Shown here in pieces: positions 35,897 to 49,098 of a DNA stretch of 64,000 nt. Each line of letters starts with the position of its first letter. Within the stretch, counting starts at the first letter, position 1. The notes below the pieces were generated by a model, which had not been told where the DNA came from, searched no databases, and saw only the letters and a program-made list of their open reading frames with translations. The stretch comes from Zygnema circumcarinatum SAG 698-1b (Eukaryota > Plantae > Zygnematophyceae). Both the position numbers and the translations under genes were made by a program. The stretch is taken from the NCBI GenBank assembly GCA_037447605.1, contig CM074819.1:1882297-1946296 (forward strand). The letters run 5' to 3'.

Positions 35897-37920
35897 TCGG
35901 TACTTCCCATGTCTCAACCGCAACCACCTTAGCAGGGTGTGGTCGAATGCCCTGATCATTCAGGATATGCCCAAGGTAAAGCAGCTCACGCTGCATGAAG
36001 TGACACTTCTTCCACTTGGCATAAAAATGATGCTTCCTCAGAACTTCAAACACTGTTCTCACGTGTTGAAGATGATCCTCAATTGTCTTACTAAAGATGA
36101 GGATATCATCGAGGTACACCAAAACAAAGTACATCCTGCCTTAATAGCTTTAGCCAACTGCATGGCTGAGCACAGAAAAGGTGTATTAGACTGCTCAGCA
36201 GCATCTGAAGTCGTAATGCCTGGACGTAGAGTTATTCGTCGTGCGCCACAATGCAAAACCCAAGTGGGTATGGAAAAATCCATCTGAGCCTTGACCATGG
36301 TTAACCACTGACTTCCCAGAATAACATCTAGGCTAGGCGCCAGATTAGTGAGAAAACACCGAATCTGCCCTGAGTAAGTCTGAATCTTCAGACGTGTGGT
36401 TATGGTTCCAAGGATTTGACCCTGTCTACCATCACCAAAAGTCACAACTTCGGTAAGAGGGGAGACGGGCAAGTCAACAAGCTTAACAAGTACAGCACTA
36501 ATGAAATTAGCATCAGCACCTGAATCAAGTAAAACTACTACAGATCTGCCGCCAATGAATCCCTAAAAGGTCATTGCACAGTGTGCAAGGTGGAAGAGTG
36601 AACGCAATACATACGATGATGGAGAACATGAAGTCCGCCAGATCAAAGGGTATGGCGATCCAACCAGCAAACTGGTAAAAGTATCCACCCAATGTAGCAT
36701 GGGATGTCCTTTTCGCCAGATCTTCACCAACTTCCAGTTAGTATGGCTAAAAGTCCCAATAGAAGCATGCAAACGCATCAATACATGCAAACTTGAAACA
36801 TGATTTGTGGTGCGCTGTTAACGTAGAGCAACAAATGTGCAATCAATAAGAGACACATGACCTGAAGGATTCAAAATCCAAACAGTCAATTGTTCTCCAT
36901 TCATCACAACATTCATGAAAGAGTCAGGAGTCACGATTAAGGAAATCAAGAATGGAATCACATTTAGATGCTCAGGACACAAAGTCAAAAATACATCATG
37001 GTCATCCGGCTGTCTGCCCATCAAATTCAAAATATCAAGAGGTTGTGGTACAAACAAGCCTCTAGAACTGATGGCAGCAGCTGCAATCCTTAATCTATCT
37101 TCTCCACCCGCAGCGACTCCTACACTGCTGGTGGTGTGCCGTTTTCCGGCCCTTTTCCCTTCTTGTCCTTGATGCTTTGCGGATTGTCCTTCGCCATATG
37201 GCCAGACTGCCGGCATCGAAAGCAACGTCCTTCTTTCTTCATCTTCTCCATTTCCTGTGGAGTAAGCTTCTGCACCTTCGCAGAAGGCTGTGGGGCAGAG
37301 GTTGCACTCGGCTTCCTCTTTTGCGGATTTTCCCCCTTAAGCTTTGGAAATGAAGGGAAGAGCTTCCGGTCTGCCTGGAGGTGGTGGACGTGAAGGCCTG
37401 GCGCCGCCGCCAGGAAAGGAATCAGCTTGCAAAGCCGCCGCATAGAAGAATTCTACATCCACGGGCTCCCACGGTTGAGATGTACGTGGATTTAATCGCA
37501 ATTCCTTCTTCAAATGCGGCTTCAGGCCCATCCAGAAGTGATAAAACACTGCTTCATCAGTAGGACGATGTGTCTTAATGAGTGACACCGTCATACGCAG
37601 ATCTCGCAGGAACTTCTTGGCACTACCAGTTTGTACCATATTGTGGTACCTTTGACGCGCTTCCATTCCAGGATCCAAAAACCCAAAATGACGCTCAAGT
37701 TCTTTGCAAAATTTCTCCCAATCACTCCCAATCTTAGTGGCTAAGCTCTCGTATACACGATAGGCATCGCCGCGGAGTGATGGATATGAGAAATTCACCC
37801 ACTCCTTCTGTGGGCAATTCGTGGCGTGAAGGTAACCCTTCACTTGGCCCAACCACTGTTCGATAGAACAGTCAGTTGTCGGGTGTTCTCCCCAAGGAGA
37901 AATGGGGGTTACCTTGGCCC
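35897..37920 (-). mobile_element. Ty3/gypsy family A copy 1: gag C-terminal half, extra domain, protease and internally deleted RT (pseudogenised)
   Basis: Gag (FSYPSLRGDAYRVY, CFRCRQSGHMAKD), protease LLDSGADANF and RT FVLVYLDDILIFSK, with premature stops. Confidence 0.9.
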
Positions 37921-37925
37921 TGTTC

Positions 37926-40900
37926 TGTTGAAGGAGGGAACATCTCGCTGCTTCCGGCTCCACCTCGCGTGTCGCCCTCCACAGGAACTCGTGTTCCCAC
38001 CGATGAAGACATTTCCACTCTTGCACTCTCAAAGCTCTATCTCACAATTCACTCATCGCCCATAACTACAGAATGAACACCAGAGACAAGCACAGCGGAA
38101 ATCAATCGAGAGAAGTGTAGGAGAAAGCTCACGGCTCTAAAACTCCTTAATAAATGTCTTCCCACATGAAAGTTCACTTCCCACCCTTTGAACCTATCTT
38201 CTCTTACTCACTACCTCACAACACGAGCAAGGCAGCCTAGCAACACGAGCTGGCACAGAATGAGAGACAGACTAGATTACCTACCAAACACACAACACAC
38301 GCTATATACTATATGGCGTTGTGACGTGACACACATGTCACGTCACGGCCGCCATAGCTGGCCCTTGCATTCGCAAAGCGGCGCATCACAATAGCGACCC
38401 ACGGGTAGTGGTCTCCGGAAACTACGACGACACTGACCTATTTCTGTCCCTATCTGTACCAGCTGCTGCGGCCTACCTTAAAGACTTTTTGCCGACTCCT
38501 TCGCTGGATTGTCGAACTGAATGGGCCCACCAGGAAGCGGCCTATGCGGCGCCTGCGCGGGATCGCCGCTGACATTCTTTGCCGCTTCGTGCCACTGATG
38601 CACTCGCGGCCTCGCCTGCCGCCGTGTCCAACTCACTTTGCGCACCCGCACTGGACGCCGCTTTCTTCGCGCCAGCGCCGGCCAGGAAATCAGCTTGCGC
38701 GCTCTCCAAGTTACTGCGTGGATCAATCAGACCTCGCCCATCCACATCCGCCTGCCAGCTCATCACAACTCTGAGCTGTCACTGCTATCCTTACTCATAC
38801 CAGGAAGTTCCCATGCTCAGATGACACCAAAATGAGTGTGATTATGAAATGTTAATGATCACATGAACAGCATATTCCCCTCTGGGTTTAGTCTCTCAAT
38901 GGTTTGCAGCTGTGGAGCAAGCTGCTTATTCACCATACTGTTTTCCCTAAATCTCTCTTACATATCTGCATGCTGTGTTCACTTCCAACGAACTTCACAA
39001 CGATCATCCCTTCCTCCACCAACTCTCGCACATAGTGATACTGCACTCTGATGTGCTTGGTCCTCTTGTGGAACACTGGATTTTCCACCAAGGCAATGGA
39101 CGACCGGGATGTCCTCGCGGAATGTAGCTACCTGCAGCTGCGCCTCAAGCACTCCCTCGGGAAATGCTCAAACCACACTCCCTCTCCTCTCGCCGCACGC
39201 AGCCCCCCCATGTACCGCCTCGACAAGCTTGGATAACGCTTATTGAATCTTGAAGCTTGAGTTTCCAATGATGGCTCTTCCTCGCCCATTCAGAATACGT
39301 AACTCGGAAAGCGATCTTGACAAAGTGTCCACTACCACCCCAATCTGAATCTGCGTAACCAATCACACCATTCGCCCCTCTCTCATAACTGGCGTCGCAT
39401 CTGTTCTCTGCACATACCTCGGCACATTATCTCTTTCACGCTTCTAATGTTCGTCTCCGGATTCTCCATGAACTGACTTGTCGCGGCTCACGGCCAAGTC
39501 CCGGCTGCACTCACCCACGTACATGAGACTTCCGAGCAATAGGGGATATCCAGGGACGCAAGACTGTGACATCCGCCTGCATCAGATCCGGCGGGCGGCT
39601 TGTTCCTTCGGTGTCGCGCCCGACCCCCATCGTGGGCTGGTGTACCTGCCCAAGTAATCCCTCCATGTGAAATCTCGCAAGGACATCCATCGTGCATTCT
39701 TTTGACTCAGAAGAGGCTCGTCTGCCCCCTTCAGCTGAATCCCTAACAGATACATAATGAGGTCGTCAACGTAGATCCCAACGTACATGAGATCCTCCCC
39801 CTCTCCTTGTCGGTAGACGGAATGATCCGTCTCAAATCGCGCAAATCCGTTCCTCCTGAGAAGATCGTCTATCTTCTCGTACCATATCCTGGGCGCCTGT
39901 TTCAGTCCGTACAGGCTCTTCACTAAGCGACAAACGAGATGCTCTTGACCGGGAGCCACCTTTCCTTCGGGCTGCTCCATGTAGATCTCCTCGGTGAGAT
40001 CTCCGTACAAAAACGCGGTCTTGATGTCCAACTGATGGACATGCATCCCCTCCGCAGCTGCAATCGAGATCAAGGCTCTAAGGGAGTTGAATTTCACCAC
40101 TGGGGCAAAGGTCTCCGTATAGTCAACTCCGTACTTCTGGCTGAAGCCTTTCGCCACCAGCCGCGCCTTGTAGCGGTCGACGCTCCCGTCAGCTTTCCGC
40201 TTCACCTTGAACACCCACTTGCATCCAATGGCTTTCCTTCCTCTCGGCAGCTTCTGCAGTCGCCACGTGCCATTCTCAATCAGACTATCCCATTCGCTGT
40301 CTATCGCCGCTCTCCACTTATCTCCATCGACCCCATCATGAGCCTCCATAAACGTTTGCGGCTCGGTAATCATGAAGCAATGAGCAACACCTGCGAGATC
40401 AGCGGAGTCTGAAGGCACTCTCTCTTGCACCAGGTTATTTTGTGAGGGCCTGAAACGATCAGGCTTCCTCACCGCTTGGTGCTCCTCCACTCCCTTGCAC
40501 TCTCCCACTTCTGGATGAGACATGCGAACAACCCAGGCATGTTTGATACATCGCGTCTCTCTTCCGTGTCAGTCATCAGATTGTCGAGGCAGGCTGTTTG
40601 CCCAAGTCCTCCGCCTGAAGAACACATGCGTGTGTATTGAGCGTCTCTAGCCGAGCCTTGCGGTTCTCCCGCATGCGGCGCTTCGGGTTCATCTCCGACT
40701 GCCGCCTCAGCGCTTGGTGCTGCCTCTGGCTCAGCTCCTCCGCTCTCTGGCGTGCTGATCTCCTCCAGGGCCGGGACTGGGGAAGCATCGTCGCCTCCTC
40801 CACTAGTCTCCACATCCTCGTACACAATTTCCAAATCTGCCTTCTGGGGTCGGGTCTCACCTAGTCGTGCCACCGCCCCTCTCTCATCCACCGTGACATC

Positions 40901-43862
40901 CCTCGAACTCTGAACTTCATTCAATCGGGGGTTCCACACCCTGTAGGTGCGACTGTCAGCGTTATAGCCGAGAATGTACCCTTCTACGGCTCTCGGGTCG
41001 AACTTCCTCTTCTGCTTCGCTTTCGGAACTGTCGACCAACACCGCGCTCCGAATGCCTTCAGGTGAGTGACCGTGGGTTTCCTCCCACTCCACACCTCCT
41101 CAGGAACCTGATCCTTGAGGACAGAGGATGGACATCTGTTCCTAAGGTAAGCGGCAGTCATCACTGCCTCTCCCCAAAAAGATGCCTGAAATGGGGAATC
41201 AATCAGCATGGTCCGCGCCATGTCCCCCAACGTCCTGTTAACTCTCTCAGCAGCTCCATTACTTTGAGGGGAATAGGGAGCAGAGAATTCATGCCTTATG
41301 CCTTGAGACTTGAGATATTCACCAAACTCCTTGGACTTGAACTCGCCTCCGTTATCTGAACGAAGAGTCTTCAACTTGTGTCCAGTCTCTCTCTCCATCT
41401 GAATCTGCCAATCTCTGAAGGCTCCGAATGCCTCAGACTTGTTCTTGAGAATCTTCACCCAGATCTTCCTCGAAAAATCGTCGAGGAAGGTGATGAAATA
41501 ACGGGCTCCTCCTGTTGTTGTCGGTGTCACGGGGCCACAGAGGTCGGTATGGATTAACTCCAACTTCTCCTTCGCATGGAACGCCTCTTCTCCACTCCTC
41601 GAAAACGGTCTCCTACGCGCCTTCCCCTCCACACACTCTTTGCAAAGTCCGAGCTCCTTCTCAACTACGTCAACATCCAACCCACGGACCAGCCCCTTTT
41701 CTGCCAGTTGCTGCAAGCCCCTATGGTTGAGGTGACCAAGTCTACGATGCCAGAGATTCACTGCATCTTCAGCCACGGCCATGACTTCCTCGTCTTCTTC
41801 TCTCCTATAGTGAAGGTAATACAACCCTCCTTTCTCAAACCCCTTAAACAGCTGCTTCCCCGTCACAAGGTGAGTAGCTACACATGACTTCTCCCTGAAC
41901 ATGACCTCATACCCCTTCTTACATACTTGGCTAACAGACATAAAATTCTGTTTCAGCTCAGGGGTGTGAAGGACGTCACCGATGCAGAGGCGCTCTTGCC
42001 TCTTTTCTTCGTAGATCACGGAGCCGTCTCCGAGGATCATCTTGACTTCACCTCCTTTTGCGTGCTGCGCATTTCCTCTCGGCAGCTGATGAACGGGAAC
42101 GTGTCCTCTCCAACGTGTCCAACGTGGAAAACATTTGCTTGTCGCCACACATGTGTGTGGAAGCGCCAGAGTCGATCAGCCATGGCCGCTTCAAATCCTG
42201 AACCTGGATCTTCCCAACAAAGTCAGAATGTTCAGTCACCATGAGGTTGGTCTCCACCGCCACTCTGCAATCTGCACTCTTGTGGCCACGCTTCTTGCAC
42301 TTGAAGCAGGTCCTCCCTTGAACCCCTTCCTCATCCTTCTTGATGATGACGAGCGCCTCCTCTCGACTCGGGTCTCTTGTTTGTAATAGTCCTTTGAAGA
42401 GTGGCCGCTCTTGCCACATGGTAGCAGATTCCGAGGATGCTCTCTCGACTGACTTCACCTGCTTCTTCTGCTCTACGTGCAGTGTGAGCACCTTCTCCAC
42501 CTTCGAACGTCTTGAACTGAGTCCTCCTCCTTGATCCTTCGCTTCACTTGCTCAAGGGTCATTTTCGAATTTGTTAGGACGGTTCTAAGAGCCGCAACTG
42601 CTACATCAAAACGGGCAGGCAGTCCCCCCAGAAACTGGCTAATCTTATGATCACTCTCTAATGGTTTCTGAAGGGCTATGAACCTTTCCATCAGAGTATC
42701 AAACCTGACCATATATTCGCTAAGTTTCTCATCTGAGGACATCTTCATTTTCCCTAGCTGCGTGTAAAGGTTGACAATCGTCACATTATCCTTTACATCA
42801 TACATCTCTTCTAAGCACCTCCACATCGCATGTGAGGTCTTGAGATCATACAGCATAGAGGAGGGACTTCCCCTCACACTCATGACGATCTGGGTAAGGG
42901 CCTTGTTGTCCTTGGCCTTCCATCTGGTGAGCGCCGTGTCGAACTCCGACTGCTGCTCCGCCGTGGCTCCCTCCGGTAGCACTGGTGCCTTGATGGTGCC
43001 GTCAACGTACCCCAACAGCCCCTTGCCCACGAGCAAGGGGACCAGCCGCCACCTCCACCCCTTGTAGTCCGATCCATCGAACGCCGGGATGCTGAACTTC
43101 ACGTGGTCCTCGTCGCCACCATTGGCTCTGATACCACTTGTTGAAGGAGGGAACATCTCGCTGCTTCCGGCTCCACCTCGCGTGTCGCCCTCCACAGGAA
43201 CTCGTGTTCCCACCGATGAAGACATTTCCACTCTTGCACTCTCAAAGCTNNNNNNNNNNCCAAACACACAACACACACTATATACTATATGGCGTTGTGA
43301 CGTGACACACATGTCACGTCACGGCCGCCATAGCTGGCCCTTGCATTCGGCAAAGCGGCGCACTCAGAATAGCGACCTACGGTAGTGGTCTCGTAAACCT
43401 ACGACGACACCGACCTATTTCCGTCCTATCTGTACAGTGCCGCCGTTCGTCGGGTACCCTTAACATTTTCCGGCCGCCGACTCCTTCGCCGTACGCTCGA
43501 ACCAACGGGCCCACTCAGTAAGTGGCCCGCGTGGCTGGCGATTAAATTACGCCCGACATTCCTTAAGTAAACGGCGTCCTTAAATAGCTGGCGCTCCAGC
43601 GTCTTTCAGCGCCCGTGTCCAATCATCACCGGCGCATCCGTGCAGCGCGCCGGCGTCAGTAGCGGCGACAATCCAGCTCCAGCGTCTCAATTCTGTAGCG
43701 ATCAATCCGCGGCCGTTCATCACATCCGCCCCGTAGCGCCACACAGGGAACTTAAGTTGCTGACGTCATCGTGACTCATACTAGGTAGTTTCCATGACTG
43801 AGTACCACAACCAAGTTAGTGTGTACTATGTAATGCTTAACTATCATACACTAACACTAACA
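37926..43862 (-). mobile_element. Full-length but degraded Ty1/copia retrotransposon inserted into gypsy gag
   Basis: 5' LTR 43862-43139, PBS TGGTATCAGAGCC (43136-43124), gag (FDGSDYKGWRW), CCHC, protease WLIDSGAS, HHCC (LWHRRLGH..CKEC), rve (IHTDLCGP, LRSDNGGEF, NGAAERVN), RT (YKARLVAKGFSQ, LDIKTAFL, LYGLKQAP, YVDDL), RNase H GYADSDW, PPT ~38873-38883 and 3' LTR ~38872-37926. TSD TGTTC at 37921-37925 and 43863-43867. Confidence 0.93.
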
Positions 43863-43867
43863 TGTTC

Positions 43868-44130
43868 CCCTAAGACCAATCTTGAGGAGGGGCCAAGGGG
43901 CCAGATCCTATTCCAGGAAGTCCCCCATCACCAGAGGGTGATCCCGAAAAGGGGTCTGCCACAGACTGAAATCTCAGCCCCTTCAACCGTGGCCGGAAGT
44001 CCAGCTAAGTTCTGCACTCGAGGGTCTCAACAAAGGGAGAGAGAGCTTCGAGGGGTGGTGCAGCCTGGGCAGGGGTGGTCTGCCCGGTACGTTGGTTGGG
44101 TAGACGGCGGTCACCCTCGGCCCTGCTATG
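43868..44130 (-). mobile_element. Continuation of gypsy family A gag upstream of the copia insertion
   Basis: Removing the copia rejoins ...PLAPPQDWS*GNRAKVTPISPWGE, homologous to PPPDWGLRNRAKVPPISLWGE at ~60160-60220. Confidence 0.6.
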
Positions 44131-44199
44131 CTTCCCCGTTGGAATGCCTGCAGCATGGAGGATTGGAAGCGGGCTGTCGGTGGCAGGGTTACCACCGTG

Positions 44200-47100
44200 T
44201 CCTCTCTGACCCGAATCAGTCAAAGTGTGTACAGCAATACGCGAGCGCTGCCGCATTCCGCGCGCGCAGGCGTGGCGCAGTCCCCATGCATTGGTGCACC
44301 ACGGACCCTGGGCACACGGCCGGGGTCCAATTGTCAGTGCGTTCGGTGCCCAGCGGTAATCCGGTAATGTGCGGGCGGCATGCCGTTCGAGGTCCGGCCC
44401 GGAGTCCGGTGGCGTGGCTGGATTGGTCCCGGTATGCGTATCTAATGTCCCAGTGTGCGGAGGGGGACCTTGGCGGGTGATGTGGGGCGCACCGTGACTA
44501 TATGGTGCCCCCACGTGTGAACCAGTTCTTACGGTTCGAACCTAGGACCTCCGTCGTCCTATAGGGTATCCGATGCCCTAACCATTAGGTAATGCATTGG
44601 ATGGAAACATAAGGCCACGCCGGGCTTTAAGTAATCCTTCCCCCTTGGGGTGACTGTAGCGTTTCGCTACATTACTACCCCCCTGTGAGAATGTGACAGC
44701 GATTCACATGTGTGGGGTAATGAGGGCAGCTCGTAGTTTGGGCGGCACACGTCGAACTCTGCGTGATAGGAAGGCTCAGCAATAATCCCGGTCAGTCAGC
44801 TTTCGAGTTGCGGCGGGGACAGCTCAGGAACCCCAGGGCCGGTCTCGCCCCGCTCTCCTGCGGCCTACGCCTCCTAGTACAAGTTGATGAGCTCCTGGCA
44901 ATTGGTTAAGTTGCCCTCGGCTTCCCATGTGCTATGTTCAACCCCATAGCCCAACCATTTCACGAGGTATTCGTGACGGGAAGAACGACCCTTTCTCACA
45001 ATACGATGGGCTTGAATGGTTTCAACTTCATACTCAAGTTCACCTTCAAGTTCCANNNNNNNNNNCTTACGTGTTCCGCCATAAGCTTTGAGTCTCAAGT
45101 TCGCCGTACTTAGCAACACTTCATCGCCCTCATTGAAAGTGAGTTGGGTACGGTGACGGTCAACATAGGCCTTTCGTCGCGACTGGGCCGCTAGCAGGGT
45201 CTGCCGTGCCCTCTGCAGCGCCTTAGACATTAGCCGGACAAAAGATCTGACTGCGGGAGGTTGGGTCCCATCAGTCCCTCTCTACTTCCAAGGGTCGGGG
45301 GTTCTGTGGACGCCCATGTTCCACGGATCAGGGGGCTGATCCCTTGGTTGCAGGGGATTTAGAGGATGCTGGCCAAAGTTCAAGAAGAAAGGGGTGGTAC
45401 CAATGGACTCCTGGTAAGCATTATTGATGGCATACTCACGCAAAAGGCAGCGTCCGCCCATCCGGGTAGGTCCCACGTAATGCCAGAGGTAATCCTCCAG
45501 GATACCTGTTCCACCCAACCCCAGTACCGCCATCAACTGCAGGGTGGAAAGATATACTGGGGGCCAGCTGAGCCCCACAATTTTGACACTTCAATCCAGA
45601 GATGGCCAATAAATCGTGGATCGCAGTCCAACACAATTTTGGCTGAAGACCATATGGCTCCACACTTTGTCGACATACAAGCCGTGGGCTGATAGACCCA
45701 GGCAAACTTAGTAGTTGGTGCAAAATGCACCGTCTTGCATGAGCCGATCAACAAAGACGAGGATGGAGTCATGCCCCCAAAATATAGCGGAAGCTGTGAT
45801 CAAGTCCATACCCACACTATCCTGTTGCGGAAAGGAGTGTGAGGGGTAGGCTCCACGGGGACACTGCAGGTGCGGGTTTGCTCGTGACAAGTTGGACAAA
45901 CGAGTACATGCCGCTTCACGTCCTCTCGGAGTCCAAGCCACCAGAACTCACGAGCGGTGCTCAGCGGGTGGCGCTTCCCATGTGAGTCTCGATGCGGAGG
46001 ATCATGTAAGCTCACTCAGATCAGGAACTTCCGTGCGGTCCGGCCTAAGACACAACCAACTCCTCACATAGTACCCAAAATCCATCCTTGAGCACCACTT
46101 TGTCCTTATAGCCATTACCTTGGCCATCCAGGAACAAAGGATCACCAGTATACCCCTCCTGAATCATCCGTTTGAGATCAGAGAGAGCAGGAGGGTCGAC
46201 TGCGTCACTGGTGGAGGGATCTATGACAAAGCATGCTGGAGACGGAAACTCGGGGTTGGCCAGCCCCTCACCTCCGTCCCACCAACACTCGGGGGTGGCG
46301 GGCGCACCATGCGGGGCAGGGGATGCCGAGGTGTGTGAGTGGGTTTGCTACATTCGAGCCTTGTGGGCCGATCGCCCGTTGGCAGTCGAACCTCGGAGGG
46401 ACTTCGATTAGCGTGCCTGCCGCCTAGACAGGGTCTGTTGGGTTGAGAGGAACGTCAGCGGGCGGTGGTCAGTGACCAGCGTGACCGCTTTCGCCCCCTC
46501 CAAATAGCACCGCCATGTCCTCAGGGCGTGGACTACTGCAAGCAGTTCCTGTTCTGTTGCAGAATAGTTGCGCTCAGCGGGATTCATTTTGCGACTTTCA
46601 TACGCCAAAGGTTGGCCATCTTGAAACAAGACGGCACCCAAGGCGAATCCCGAAGCATCACAAACCACTTCATAAGGTTTGGACGGGTCCGCTAAACGGA
46701 GAGTGGGTGCGGTAACAAGTGCATGGCGTACGCCCTCAAATGCTTCCTGACATTCAGGGGTCCATGCAAAGGGGACACCGGAACGTGTCAAATTAGTCAA
46801 GGGAGTAACCANNNNNNNNNNACAAGATGGGCGCCCCAAAGGGGCTCTGACTGGGTTCTATCCAGCCTTTGTCCCGTAAATTAGTCAACTGCTTACGCAT
46901 CTCTTCGGTTTCTTTTGGGCTTAACCGATAAATCGGCCGCCAAGGCGGCTTTTGCTCAGGCTCTAGAGGGACTGTGTGCCCCACTCCTCTAGATGGTGGC
47001 AACCCTCTTGGAAGGTCGTCAGGGAAGACATCCCTGAATTCATCCAACAAAGGTTGGAATTTGGGTGGAACGGCCGAGAGCACATCCGTAGATGTGATCT

Positions 47101-48690
47101 GCCACTCCTGATCTTCGTCATGCACATCCTCAGTGGCTGCCATGACACGCACCATGAACAAGGTGCAACCCTCCTTAACTGCTTTGGCCAGTTGCATGGC
47201 CGAACAGAGATAAGGGTCATCCAACTGTTTGGAAACAGTGGATGTGGATCTGCCAGGGTGCAAGGTTATGCGCCTGTCACCACTGTGCAGAACGCAATGG
47301 GGGATGGAGAAATCGAGTTGGGCCTTGACCATGGTTAACCAAGCACTCCCCAAAATCACATCAGTTCCAGGGGCCAGCTGTGTCAAAAGACACTTCACTC
47401 CCCCGGAGTAGGATTGGAGCTTGATCTTGAGGGTGACGCTTCCAGAGATCTGGCCCTTGCGTCCATCCCCGAAAGTAACACTTTCGGTATGGGGATCTAT
47501 GGTCAATTCCAACCTCTGGGTGAATGCAAAACTAACGAAGTTAGCATCTACCCCAGTATCTAGCAGTATAACTGCTGGGTGGCCATTGGCTAACCCGGTG
47601 AAAGTCATTGCACGATGGGCAAGATGGAACATGGAGCGCACTAAATGCGAGGGGTGAGGACGAGCCGTCCTCCACACCAAGGTGTAGGGTGATCCGACCA
47701 GCAAACTGGCGGATCCTTCCATCATTTGCACTAACTTGTGCCCTTTCCTCAATTGTTTCACCAACCGCCAAGTGGCGTTGGGAAAGGTGCGAGCTGCCAT
47801 GTGTTGAGGAACCAGCACATGCAGCCCAAGGACATGGGAGGTGTTTCCCATGACATGCAAAGAATCTATGGCACATTGCATGAGAACATCATCGCCCATG
47901 ACATTGAGGATAAAGACATGCCAATCACCATTCATCACTACATCCATAAACCTAGAAGGAGTCACTACAGTGGCAGGGAAGAGAGAAATGGACGCAGGGA
48001 GTGCATCACACGCAAAGAGGTCGTGCATTCCCAAAGGTCTGCCCATCAATTTAAGAATGTCCAAGGTTCTAAGAAACAAATGTCCCCTAGCCCTGGCGGC
48101 AGCTTCCATCCTTTCCCCTAACCTAGCATGTCCACCAGCAACGACCCCTAAGCTGCTGGTGGGTTGGGGTTTTCCGGCCCCTTGCCCTTCTTGTCCTTGG
48201 CGTTAAGAGGGCAATCCCGGGCCTTATGCCCCTCTTTCCTGCATCGGAAGCACTTGTTCTCCCGCTGCATCCGCTCCATCTCTTCCGGAGTCAACTTCTG
48301 CGGCCGTGCAGGGGCTGGGCGGGCAGTCGTTTGCGGCTGTTTCCGCTTGTTCTTTCCTGCCGGTTTGGCAGGAGCAGAGGGTCCCGCCTTCCATGACCCT
48401 GTCACATCTCCCGACCTCTGCTGGGGTCGGGAAGGGCCTGCATCGCCTGCAGGGGCGGTGTCCAGCTGAATGGCTGCATCAAAGTACAGCTCGGAGTCAG
48501 CGGGGTCCCACNNNNNNNNNNTGGTGCCCCCACGTGTGAACCAGTTCTTACGGTTCGAACCTAGGACCTCCGTCGTCCTATAGGGTATCCGATGCCCTAA
48601 CCATTAGGTAATGCATTGGATGGAAACATAAGGCCACGCCGGGCTTCAAGTAATCCTTCCCCCTTGGGGTGAATGTAGCGTTTCGCTACA
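44200..48690 (-). mobile_element. Ty3/gypsy chromovirus family B copy 1 (gapped): LTR start, gag end, extra domain, PR, RT start, RNase H, integrase, chromodomain, PPT, 3' LTR
   Basis: LTR starts TGTAGCGAAACGCTACA at 48690 and 44671. PPT 44685-44672. CCHC (CFRCRKEGHKARDC), LLDTGVDANF, VCDASGFALGAVL, NYSATEQELLAVV and chromodomain EYLVKWLGYGVEHSTWE. The left boundary is uncertain because of poor sequence. Confidence 0.85.
44528..44595 (-). promoter_or_regulatory. tRNA-like Pol III type-2 promoter module in gypsy B LTR (also at 48547-48614 and 50621-50688)
   Basis: Minus strand TACCTAATGGTTAGGGCATCGG...GGAGGTCCTAGGTTCGAACC: D-arm/A-box-like hairpin and a canonical B-box GGTTCGAACC. Confidence 0.6.
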
Positions 48691-49097
48691 GGATCCACCA
48701 CCACTAGAAGGTGCGCCACCCTCGTTGGGGTGACTCCCCCCTGTTGCAGAGACAGGGGGTCCAGACGACCGTCCGCTGCTTGAGGCAGCAGGTTGGGTCG
48801 TAGTTCTCGTGGCATTTGATGGTGCTACCCCATCAGCTACCCCAGGAAAATCTTTCCTTGCCTTAATAGCTTCGGCCTGGGCAATGTTGGACGTACCTTT
48901 AGCTCCCGTCAAATTCTCCATGGCGAGGGCTAAATCCCCTCGCAGGTCCGCAGGGAGCTTGTCCATCAACTTCTGAATTCTCCTCCGTCGGGTGGTCCTC
49001 TTGGTCCTCAGGGCTGGAAGGCGGAAAAGGCGGAAATTCTGGAAATGCCACCATTGCACAAACAATCCTAGCAAGAGAAGCACAATCTCTGATACCA
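48691..49097 (-). mobile_element. PBS (tRNA-iMet) and gag N-terminus of a gypsy element, probably the 5' part of family A copy 1
   Basis: TGGTATCAGAG at 49097-49087. Peptide ...QPAASSSGRSSGPPVSATGGSHPNEGG is similar to family B gag QPAAGSSRQKSGPPGFSTGGSHPHGGG. Interrupted by the B LTR at 48690. Confidence 0.7.
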
Positions 49098-49098
49098 A

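Noticed and set aside
38400-39750. Apparent heavy divergence between copia LTRs and a scrambled RNase H (similar at 45400-46400 and 56140-56390)
   Set aside because: Dense indels next to near-perfect sequence look like unpolished long-read gap fill. Not usable for dating or biology.
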